A DNA stretch of 14,978 bases from an uncultured archaeon (GTDB lineage Archaea; Iainarchaeota; Iainarchaeia; Iainarchaeales; CSSED10-239): positions 1 through 14,978 of the forward strand of contig CAZQEL010000021.1 of assembly GCA_964591795.1 (NCBI GenBank), given 5' to 3'. Under the pieces are notes generated by a model. It made no database searches, had not been told where the DNA came from, and saw only the letters and a list, made by a program, of their open reading frames with translations. This document shows, in pieces, positions 6,976-14,243 of the stretch (position 1 is the stretch's first letter; each line of letters opens with the position of its first letter). The translations under genes were made by a program, and so were the position numbers.

Positions 6976-9369
6976 TTATAAACTTTTTCTAACTTTTGAC
7001 ATAGAAAAACCACAATCTAAAAGTTCTGATTCAGAATAACCAGCAAGTTTAAGTTCCTCTAAATTATAACCAACAGATCTAAGTTCTTTTGCAGAAAAGT
7101 TTAAATTTTTAAGTTCTTTTGCACTAAAGTGTATTACTTTCATAAGTCTTATACCAATTCCAAGATCAAAAACTTCTTTTGCAGAATAACCAGCATAATG
7201 AAGTTGTCTTGCACTATATCCTACATCATAAAGATCTTTTGCTGAAAAATTACCATCTCTCATAAATGATGCATCAAACCCAGCAATCTTTAATTGTCTT
7301 GCAGAATAGAATGTATGTAAGTCTTTTGGAACATATCCAGCTTGAGCCATTTCTTTTGCAGTGTATCCTGCATTATAGAATTCAGATATGGGTACCTCTA
7401 ATTTATTAAGTTCTTTTGCTTTATAACCTGCAAATCTAATGCTTGAAACATCAAATCCAGCATCATAAAGTTCTTTAGCTGTATATCCAACCACATGGTA
7501 TTGTTTAGCAGTATATCCTATGCTTAAAAGTTCTCTTGCACTAAATCCACCTTTTCTTAAATCAATTAAAGAGAATCCTTCTAAATGAAGTTCAAGAGAA
7601 GTAAAACCAGCAAGTCTTAAATCAACTAAAGAATATCCATTTGCTAAAAAGTCTTTTATAGTACAACCAAGCATATGAACTTCTCTTAAAGAATAACCAC
7701 CAACAAGTAAATCATTACAAGTAACTCCTGCGTTTTTAAGTTGAATTGCTTCATAACCAGCTTCTTTTAAATCTTTAATTGAGTATCCTAAATTTATTAG
7801 TTCAGGAATTGTATATTTAAGATATTTAAGTTCATCTAAATTAAGTTTATCTTTTGAAACTTTAACTTCTTCAACTGGTGATAGGTGAATAAGATCTGAT
7901 AAATCATAACCTGCTTTTTTTAAATCTTCAATAGAAACTCCACTTTCAGCTAACCATTTAGCAGGAATTTCTTCTTTTTTAAATTTAGTTAAAGAAATTT
8001 CTTTTATAAGTTCTTTTAATGAAAAACCAACATCTAAAAGTTCTTTTATGGTAAATCCTTCTTTTAAAATTTCATTTAATGTATAAACCGATCTTACTTC
8101 TTCTAAAGTATAACCTTTTTTTATAAGTTCTTTTAATGTAAATATTTTAACAAGATCTTTAATTGAAAAACCACAATCTAAAATTTCTTTAAGTTTATAA
8201 TTAGCTGATATTAAATCTTGTAAAGAATAACCTGCATGTTTTAAATTCTTAGCAGAGTATGCGTATTCTTTTAATTTTTTTGCAGTAAATTTAGCATTTT
8301 TTAAATCTTTAGCATCAAATTCAGCAAACAATATTGTATGTTGATCAAATCTAACTTTTTTAAGATCTATTGGTTTGTAACCTATGTTTTTAAGTTCTTT
8401 TGTACTTACACCTGCAAGTTTTAGTTCCTTTAAAGAAAAACCAGTATTCTTTAAATCTTTTGCAGAAAAATGAAGATAATAAAGATCTTTAGCTGAAAAA
8501 TTAAGTTCTTTTAAAATTTTAATTGAGAATTTATTTTGTTTTAAAACAACAGCATCAACACCATATGAAAAAAGGTCTTTTGCAGTCATAGTTTTTAAAG
8601 TTTTTTTATTAATAATTATTTTTTTAACTTTTTCTTTTTTAGGAGTTTTTACTTTTTTAATAGTTTTTGTTTTAGCTACTTTTACTTTTTTAACAGCTTT
8701 TGTTTTAGTTACTTTTACTTTTTTAATTTTAATTCCAATTTCTAAATCAGTAAAACCAGCTTTTCTAAGATCATTAATACTAAATTTAGCTTTTTTAAGT
8801 TCTTGTATTGTATATGTTCCTTGATAAAGTTCTTTTGCTGATAAATTAATTGTTTTAAGTTGAGTTGCTGTAAATTTAGCTCTTTTTAAATCCTTAATAA
8901 CAAATCCAACTTCTAAGAGTTGTCTTGCACTAAATTTTGATTTTTTAAGTTCTCTTGTAGTATAACCAACTGCTTTTAAATCTTTTAAATTAATACCAAT
9001 TTCTTTTAATTCTTTTATAGAATAACCAGATACTTGTAAATCTTTTACAGAATAACCCACAGAATATAACTCTTTAGCAGTAAAATCTAAATTTTTAAGA
9101 TTAACTCCACTAAATCCTACTTCTTTAAGTTTCTTTACTGTAAACCCTGCTTTGTTTAATGTTTTTGCTTTAAAGCCAAGTCCTTTTAAAACTGTATAAT
9201 TTGCTTTTATTTCTTTTAATTTTTTTGCAAAATCAATTCTATTAATATTAAATTTTGAGAAAATAGTAACATCTACAGGAGATATAATATATCTTGAAGG
9301 AGAGTTAATTTGTTTTAATAATAAAGAATCTAGTTCTTTTTTAGTTAATTTTTTAATATTTATTGTCAT
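6976..9369 (-). CDS. 797-aa decapeptide tandem-repeat protein (x-G-[FY]-[ST]-x-x-[ED]-L-[KR]-x) with a Lys-rich central linker; function unknown
   Basis: One uninterrupted 797-codon ORF. AGGTGGTGCTTATAT-ATG Shine-Dalgarno. Residues ~62-212 form 15 consecutive 10-aa units with no indels (LKGLGFKAKT LNKAGFTVKK LKEVGFSGVN LKNLDFTAKE ...). The same unit continues through residues ~255-797 with a few 9-aa units. No N-terminal signal peptide or TM helix is evident. Confidence 0.85.
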   Translation of the reverse strand: MTINIKKLTKKELDSLLLKQINSPSRYIISPVDVTIFSKFNINRIDFAKKLKEIKANYTVLKGLGFKAKTLNKAGFTVKKLKEVGFSGVNLKNLDFTAKELYSVGYSVKDLQVSGYSIKELKEIGINLKDLKAVGYTTRELKKSKFSARQLLEVGFVIKDLKRAKFTATQLKTINLSAKELYQGTYTIQELKKAKFSINDLRKAGFTDLEIGIKIKKVKVTKTKAVKKVKVAKTKTIKKVKTPKKEKVKKIIINKKTLKTMTAKDLFSYGVDAVVLKQNKFSIKILKELNFSAKDLYYLHFSAKDLKNTGFSLKELKLAGVSTKELKNIGYKPIDLKKVRFDQHTILFAEFDAKDLKNAKFTAKKLKEYAYSAKNLKHAGYSLQDLISANYKLKEILDCGFSIKDLVKIFTLKELIKKGYTLEEVRSVYTLNEILKEGFTIKELLDVGFSLKELIKEISLTKFKKEEIPAKWLAESGVSIEDLKKAGYDLSDLIHLSPVEEVKVSKDKLNLDELKYLKYTIPELINLGYSIKDLKEAGYEAIQLKNAGVTCNDLLVGGYSLREVHMLGCTIKDFLANGYSLVDLRLAGFTSLELHLEGFSLIDLRKGGFSARELLSIGYTAKQYHVVGYTAKELYDAGFDVSSIRFAGYKAKELNKLEVPISEFYNAGYTAKEMAQAGYVPKDLHTFYSARQLKIAGFDASFMRDGNFSAKDLYDVGYSARQLHYAGYSAKEVFDLGIGIRLMKVIHFSAKELKNLNFSAKELRSVGYNLEELKLAGYSESELLDCGFSMSKVRKSL
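8646..8730 (-). repeat. ~33-nt (11-codon) tandem repeat, about 2.5 copies, encoding KKVKV[TA]KTK[AT][VI] inside the repeat protein
   Basis: Plus strand: tttttacttttttaatagtttttgttttagctac / ttttacttttttaacagcttttgttttagttac / ttttacttttttaatttt. Protein: KVKVTKTKAVK KVKVAKTKTIK KVKTPKKEKVKK. Confidence 0.6.
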
Positions 9370-9632
9370 ATATAAGCACCACCTAAAATATATAATTATA
9401 TTTAGTTAAATAATTATAGTTGAGTTAAGTTTAAATATATTGTTTTTAGTTATGTATACTTAAATTCATTTAAAATCATTTTTTTTATCTAAAAAACAAA
9501 AATATAGAGCCAATAATAATAATTATTACAATCCATATAAATAATTAAATTTTTATTTAATCTTTTAAAAAAACCTAAAATTCACATATAACTCAATAAT
9601 AAATGTTAAAGATATAAAAATATAGTTAATAA

Positions 9633-10604
9633 TTATCGTTTGATTTTATTATTTATAATACTATTTAAAAATGATTGAGTTTTAATTGTTGTAAGATCTC
9701 CTTCTTCACCAAAACTTCCATTTAAATTTCCATGATTTCTTTTAGGTATAATATAATATTCAGCATAATGATCAGAATTTATTAACTTTAAATAAAAATC
9801 CAAAGCCTCAATTTTACCAATTCTTAAGATACTATTTTCAGCACTAAAAAGAATTATTGGTGGAATATTTGTATTTTCATTAATATGATTAATTGCAGAT
9901 GCTTCTTTTAAAAAAGAATCATTTTCACTAAAAGTAAACATTAGATATTTACTTACAATTTGACTATCCACATCAAACTCTCTTGATTTTAATAAATCAT
10001 AACCTATTCCTTCTAAAAGAATAGAGCCTTTAATTACACTTAAATCCATATTATTTTTTTTTAAATAACTTTCATCAGTTGAAATTAATGATATTATTTG
10101 AGCTCCAGCAGAGTGCCCACCTAAAAAAATTAAATCTCTATCTCCAGAATATATATTTATATTATCGTAAACCCAAGCTATAGCTTTTGAAACATCTTGA
10201 ACATATACAGGAAATTTATATTCAGGAAAAACTCTGTAGTTTATATTTACAAAAACATAATTTTGATCTGTAAAATATATACCTTTTAATAAATAATCTC
10301 GATAGTTATTTTTGTTTCCAAAAAAATCAGTCCAAGCTCCACCATGTACAAAAATAATTACTGGCATTTTTTTATCAGGTTTATCTTTAGGAACATAAAT
10401 ATTTAATGAAGTATAATTAATATTATAGTTTACATCTTTTGGATTATCCACATATGGAATATCTTGATAAATTTTAAAATTTGCTTTCTTTTCTAAATTA
10501 TAATAATAAACAGTAGTATATATAATTGAAAATATTATAAATAAAAAAAGAATAGATAAAAAAACAAATAAATATTTGTATTTTATATAAATATTTTTTA
10601 TCAT
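9633..10604 (-). CDS. membrane-anchored alpha/beta hydrolase (esterase/lipase-like, HGG type)
   Basis: N-terminal TM helix (LFVFLSILFLFIIFSIIY). Oxyanion motif IIFVHGGAW. Nucleophile elbow GGHSAGAQ (GxSxG). C-terminal NHGN as candidate catalytic His. TGTGATTATTA-ATG Shine-Dalgarno 14 nt after the upstream stop. Confidence 0.8.
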   Translation of the reverse strand: MIKNIYIKYKYLFVFLSILFLFIIFSIIYTTVYYYNLEKKANFKIYQDIPYVDNPKDVNYNINYTSLNIYVPKDKPDKKMPVIIFVHGGAWTDFFGNKNNYRDYLLKGIYFTDQNYVFVNINYRVFPEYKFPVYVQDVSKAIAWVYDNINIYSGDRDLIFLGGHSAGAQIISLISTDESYLKKNNMDLSVIKGSILLEGIGYDLLKSREFDVDSQIVSKYLMFTFSENDSFLKEASAINHINENTNIPPIILFSAENSILRIGKIEALDFYLKLINSDHYAEYYIIPKRNHGNLNGSFGEEGDLTTIKTQSFLNSIINNKIKR

Positions 10605-10618
10605 TAATAATCACATAT

Positions 10619-11170
10619 TTAAATAAATTTGCTTGATATTATAGCTAAATAACCACCTACAAAAGCAGTAATTAACTGTAAAATACCCATAGCTGTTAAG
10701 AAAATTATAGGAAAATTAAAAAAATAAACTAAAATACAAGTATAACCAAATAATAACCCTGCCTTAATTAAAGAAGACACAACTGGAGTTATCCATAGAT
10801 TCATATTTTTTCTAAATTTTAAAAATTTAAAACTTAAAACATAGGTAAGGTTTGAAATCCATATCATTGGAATAAAATAAAGTAAAAAGTGAGTGTTAGT
10901 TCCAAATATTAACCCAGCTGCTAAAACTCCTAAAGATGGTAATAATATAATAGGCAATATATATTTTAGTTTAAAATAAATTGCAGATCTAATTAAAAAG
11001 AAATTAACTAAAATTCCAATAATCCATTGAGGATGAGCAATTATAAAAGGCAAAATAAAAACAGCTACACAATAAATAGCAAATTCAAATACTTCTAGAT
11101 TATAGTATTTAGAAATATTTCTTAAATTATAATAATTTTTAGAGCTATAAGTAAAATTATTTTTATTCAT
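10619..11170 (-). CDS. hypothetical polytopic membrane protein (~5-6 TM helices)
   Basis: 183-codon ORF, strongly hydrophobic and segmented. ATATTTAAAT TATA-like box about 21-30 nt upstream and no SD (leaderless geometry). Tightly followed by the hydrolase gene. Confidence 0.6.
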   Translation of the reverse strand: MNKNNFTYSSKNYYNLRNISKYYNLEVFEFAIYCVAVFILPFIIAHPQWIIGILVNFFLIRSAIYFKLKYILPIILLPSLGVLAAGLIFGTNTHFLLYFIPMIWISNLTYVLSFKFLKFRKNMNLWITPVVSSLIKAGLLFGYTCILVYFFNFPIIFLTAMGILQLITAFVGGYLAIISSKFI

Positions 11171-11419
11171 ACAAATAGTATATATGTTACATTTAAATAT
11201 ATTACTTATAAATTAAATTAAAAAAAAAACAAAAACAAATATTAATTCATAAAAATAATAAAATTTCTGCTAATTTGGTTACTTCATTCCTTTCATAAAT
11301 ATGTTCTTTTTCACCTAAATTTATTAATTACTTCTTTTATTAAATTTTTAATAATTGTTTTTTTTATCTTTTTTTTAATTTTAAGATATTTAATAATATA
11401 AAAATGTTTAAATTTATTT

Positions 11420-11434
11420 AAAAAAAGAAAAATA
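11420..11434 (-). terminator. oligo-U tract directly after the tRNA 3' end
   Basis: The minus strand reads UAUUUUUCUUUUUUU immediately after the discriminator base. This is an archaeal-style oligo-T terminator. Confidence 0.35.
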
Positions 11435-11552
11435 TCCCCCCTCCCAGATTTGAACTGGGGATCTTCCGGTTACCGCCATTAAAATAAATTTAACTTTGGT
11501 ATTACCCAAAATGTCTACAGCCAGACGCACTAGACCACTATGCTAAGGGGGG
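11435..11552 (-). tRNA. tRNA-Tyr (anticodon GUA), archaeal type, intron-containing, no encoded CCA
   Basis: Folded by hand: acceptor CCCCCCU/AGGGGGG; D arm GCA-UAGUGGUCUAG-UGC; anticodon stem UCUGG/CCGGA; loop C-U-G-U-A-G-[intron]-A; variable AGAUC; T arm CCCAG-UUCAAAU-CUGGG; discriminator A. C1-G72 and the short variable loop are the archaeal/eukaryal tRNA-Tyr type. Confidence 0.9.
11471..11514 (-). other. 44-nt tRNA intron at the canonical 37/38 position
   Basis: 118 nt of gene minus a 74-nt mature cloverleaf. The inserted ACAUUUUGGGUAAUACCAAAGUUAAAUUUAUUUUAAUGGCGGUA sits between G37 and A38. Exact bulge-helix-bulge boundaries were not verified. Confidence 0.7.
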
Positions 11553-11597
11553 TGTTTATAACTATATAATATATTAGCAAAACATATTTAAATAAAA

Positions 11598-12038
11598 CTA
11601 TTTTAGAATAATTTTTTTTAATTGTTTCTTTCTTGTTGGAAATAAGATTTTATAATAACCAACCGCATTTTCTGCCATAATATTATTTTCTAACATATAT
11701 TTATTGAACGTATATGATTTTAAAGAATCTAAAACTTCTTTTAAATTGCCTTTATATTCTACATTTAAACTTTTTTCAACAATTTTTGAAAAATTAGATA
11801 AATTAATTTCTTTTATAAAAAATGATGGATCTTTTGAAAATAATTTAGAAATTTCAAGATTAAATGATGTTAAATTAATTATTTTCCCTAAGTATTTATT
11901 TATTTGAAAGTTACTTGTAACTTCAATTGAAATTAAAAACTCTAAAATATCTAAATCTTTAACACCGGGAATTATTTTCATTTTTTTAACAGATTTAAAA
12001 TCGTTTGTATTAGCAATAAAATTAATTGTTTGATTCAT
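11598..12038 (-). CDS. hypothetical protein, paralogue B of a tandem pair
   Basis: 146-codon ORF. TGTGATTAATT-ATG Shine-Dalgarno overlapping the upstream TGA stop. Shares INFI..NDFK..KK...DLDI...ISI...INKY.G ... LFS...SF.KE.N.S.F with 12045..12431. Confidence 0.6.
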   Translation of the reverse strand: MNQTINFIANTNDFKSVKKMKIIPGVKDLDILEFLISIEVTSNFQINKYLGKIINLTSFNLEISKLFSKDPSFFIKEINLSNFSKIVEKSLNVEYKGNLKEVLDSLKSYTFNKYMLENNIMAENAVGYYKILFPTRKKQLKKIILK

Positions 12039-12044
12039 AATTAA

Positions 12045-12431
12045 TCACATTTTATGAAAAGATGGAAATGCATTTTTTTTTGAAAAATATTTTTCTAAAA
12101 TATATACTTTACAGGCATGAAATAAAGCTTTTTTCTTAGCTTTTTTATATTCAGTTAAAAGTTCATTTACTTGTCTTTTAAATTTACTGGAATTAAGTTC
12201 CTTTAAAAAAGAAGTTTCATTCATTGAAAATAAAGCTAAGTTTGATTTTTCTAATTTTTTTACATCAAGTATCTTTTCTAAAAGAACGCCTACATATTTA
12301 TTAATTGGAGTTTGAATAGATATGTAATATTTAAAAATATCCAAATCATTTGTTTTTAATTTAAACGGTAATTTTTTATCTTCTTTAAAATCGTTTACAC
12401 TTGAAATAAACTGTATATATTCATCTGCCAT
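12045..12431 (-). CDS. hypothetical protein, paralogue A of a tandem pair
   Basis: 128-codon ORF. TGTGATTTAAT-ATG Shine-Dalgarno. Collinear similarity to 11598..12038 over most of its length. Confidence 0.6.
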   Translation of the reverse strand: MADEYIQFISSVNDFKEDKKLPFKLKTNDLDIFKYYISIQTPINKYVGVLLEKILDVKKLEKSNLALFSMNETSFLKELNSSKFKRQVNELLTEYKKAKKKALFHACKVYILEKYFSKKNAFPSFHKM

Positions 12432-12485
12432 ATTAAATCACATATTTTTTATTCTAAATATAATAATAGATAAAGAATATAAAGA

Positions 12486-13067
12486 CTATTGTTTAAAACA
12501 CTTTGAACATCTTGCTTGGTATTTTTCAGTACCACCTAGAATAACAGTTTCTTTTGAATCTCCAAGTCTATAGGTTCTAGTTGCAGTTTCACCACAATTA
12601 TTACAAACTGCATCAAGATGTATTACAAAATCTGAAAGAGCCATTAAAGTTCCAATATGATCCTTTTTGTCCTTAAAAGGAAAAGGTTTACCTTGAAAAG
12701 TTTGATTTAACCCGCAAGAGAAAACATTAACCCTAAAAGTTGTAATTTCTCTAATAATATTTAATATTTTAGAATCAAAAAATTGTACTTCATCAATAAA
12801 AACATTAACTAAAGGTACCTCTTTTTGGTTACTTGAAGCTATGTATTCTTTAACTTTTAATAAAATTAGTTCTGAATTACTACAAGGGATTGCATCTTCT
12901 TTAATACCATTATGATTTAATATTGATTTGTTTGAATATCTGTTATCCATTTCAGGTTTAAATATTAATGAATATCTTTTAGCTATTTCTTCTCTTGATT
13001 TAAGTCTTAAAAGCTCTGTTGTTTTTCCAGAAAACATAGGTCCTGTAATTGTTGTTATTTTTCCCAT
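12486..13067 (-). CDS. tdk: thymidine kinase (TK1 type)
   Basis: P-loop ITGPMFSGKTTELL; VFIDEVQFF; C-terminal zinc site CNNCGE ... ARCSKC. Length 193 aa. GAGTGATAAAA-ATG Shine-Dalgarno. Confidence 0.9.
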   Translation of the reverse strand: MGKITTITGPMFSGKTTELLRLKSREEIAKRYSLIFKPEMDNRYSNKSILNHNGIKEDAIPCSNSELILLKVKEYIASSNQKEVPLVNVFIDEVQFFDSKILNIIREITTFRVNVFSCGLNQTFQGKPFPFKDKKDHIGTLMALSDFVIHLDAVCNNCGETATRTYRLGDSKETVILGGTEKYQARCSKCFKQ

Positions 13068-13092
13068 TTTTTATCACTCATTTTTTTTATTA

Positions 13093-13906
13093 CTAATACA
13101 TATGACTTCTTGTGCTAATTAATAAATCTGTAAAATAAACATCAATCTTACCATCTACTCTTTTAACAAAAATATTTGAAAGTTTTTCAAAATCTCCAAT
13201 ACCTCTTTTGTTACCTACAGAAACTGGTAAGAAGTTAAGTTCTGTTAATTTATGAATTTTATTCTGAATTGATTTAAGTTCTTTTGTTGTTATTTTTTTA
13301 TCTAAATAAGCTTCACCCATTGTTTTTAATCCTGTAAAGTCATAAGCAATAATACTTTTCCTACTTAAGTTATCAGTAAACGCTAAATGAGGCTTTATTG
13401 TATTAATTCCATATTTTTGAAAAGCTTGATTTGCAATAAATTCATTATTTGCTAAAAAACTACTCATTGGAGCTTCAACCATTTTTAAAAAATAATCTTT
13501 AGATATATTTTCTTTTTTTAAAAATAAATTCATTTTCAGTAAATATTTATTATTATAACTACTTTTCTTAAAATGAGATAAATTTAAATCAAGTTTATCT
13601 GTACTTAAAGAATACTTTTTAATATTATTACTATTAATATTAAATACGTTTTTAGAAATAAAATCTATAACTTCAGGATATTGTTTAAATATATTTTTTC
13701 CAATTAAGCTTAGATGTAAAGTTTTAGATTTTTTAGAACCTAAATCAATTGAGTAATATAAAGTTTTGCCATTTAATTTTGTAACTTTAAATTGATTCTT
13801 ATTTTTTATAAGTCTTTTTCTTTTTAAAGTAATATTAGAATCTATTTTTCCTAAATTAACATCTAATTTAGGTTTTTTTAATTTTTTTAAAATTTAAACA
13901 AATCAT
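13093..13906 (-). CDS. hypothetical protein, ~270 aa if one A is removed from an A7 run; as written, the start is frameshifted from the body
   Basis: The track ORF (13093..13533) has no SD at its ATG, and its frame stays open 120 more codons to 13893 without any ATG/GTG/TTG. AGGTG-TAA-ATG lies at 13914-13904 in the frame offset by 1 (MICLNFKKIKKT*). The two frames overlap only across two A7 runs (plus T-runs 13873-13879 and 13882-13888). Confidence 0.55.
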
Positions 13907-13927
13907 TTACACCTGATTAATTATAAA

Positions 13928-14212
13928 TATAGTGGTTTACTATAAGCCGCTTTATGTAGTTAATAGCAATCAGTCTTAGCGGAGATTAAAATTCTCCTTG
14001 CACCAAATGTATTCCTGCATGATTTCAGCCTTTCTCTTTTCCCTTCAGTTCTACACATCACAAGTTTAAAATAGAAAAGAGCCGTCTTGTTTCTGTTCAG
14101 GAATAAAGCCCCATTAAGAACTTTTATTTTTTTAATTAAATTATTGGTGAGCGGACTTTCCTCATCTTTTTAGAATCACTCTAAAAAAATGTGCTAAACA
14201 TAAACCACTATA
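13928..14212 (-). ncRNA. rnpB: RNase P RNA
   Basis: ORF-free G+C-richer island. The minus strand contains, in the correct order: GAGGAAAGUCCGC (CR-I / P4 5' strand, plus 14151-14163), AACAGAAAC, AAGGGAAAAGAGAAAGG, AGACUGAUUG, and ACAUAAAGCGGCUUAUAG (CR-V / P4 3' strand, plus 13940-13957). AAG-U-CCGC pairs with GCGGCUU, leaving the conserved bulged U. The termini form a perfect 12-bp P1 (UAUAGUGGUUUA / UAAACCACUAUA). Confidence 0.85.
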
Positions 14213-14234
14213 TATAATATTAAGATAAAAATAG

Positions 14235-14243
14235 TTTATAAAG
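14235..14243 (-). promoter_or_regulatory. TATA-like box CTTTATAAA upstream of RNase P RNA
   Basis: Minus-strand CTTTATAAAC lies about 22-31 nt upstream of the first P1 nucleotide, directly after the stop of the 14244..14945 gene. Confidence 0.35.

Noticed and set aside
6976-9369. The periodic 30-nt repetition as a CRISPR array or non-coding satellite
   Set aside because: The repeats are degenerate, have no unique spacers, and sit in one uninterrupted 797-codon frame with codon-level periodicity. This is a coding repeat.
9633-11552. tRNA-Tyr as the attachment site of an integrated element or provirus (tdk is common in viruses)
   Set aside because: No integrase, no direct repeat of the tRNA 3' half, and no compositional break were seen on either side.
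11704-11907. 67-aa plus-strand ORF
   Set aside because: Antisense shadow inside paralogue B. No start signals.
12928-13122. 64-aa plus-strand ORF
   Set aside because: Antisense to the thymidine kinase N-terminus and the tdk/upstream-gene junction. No support.
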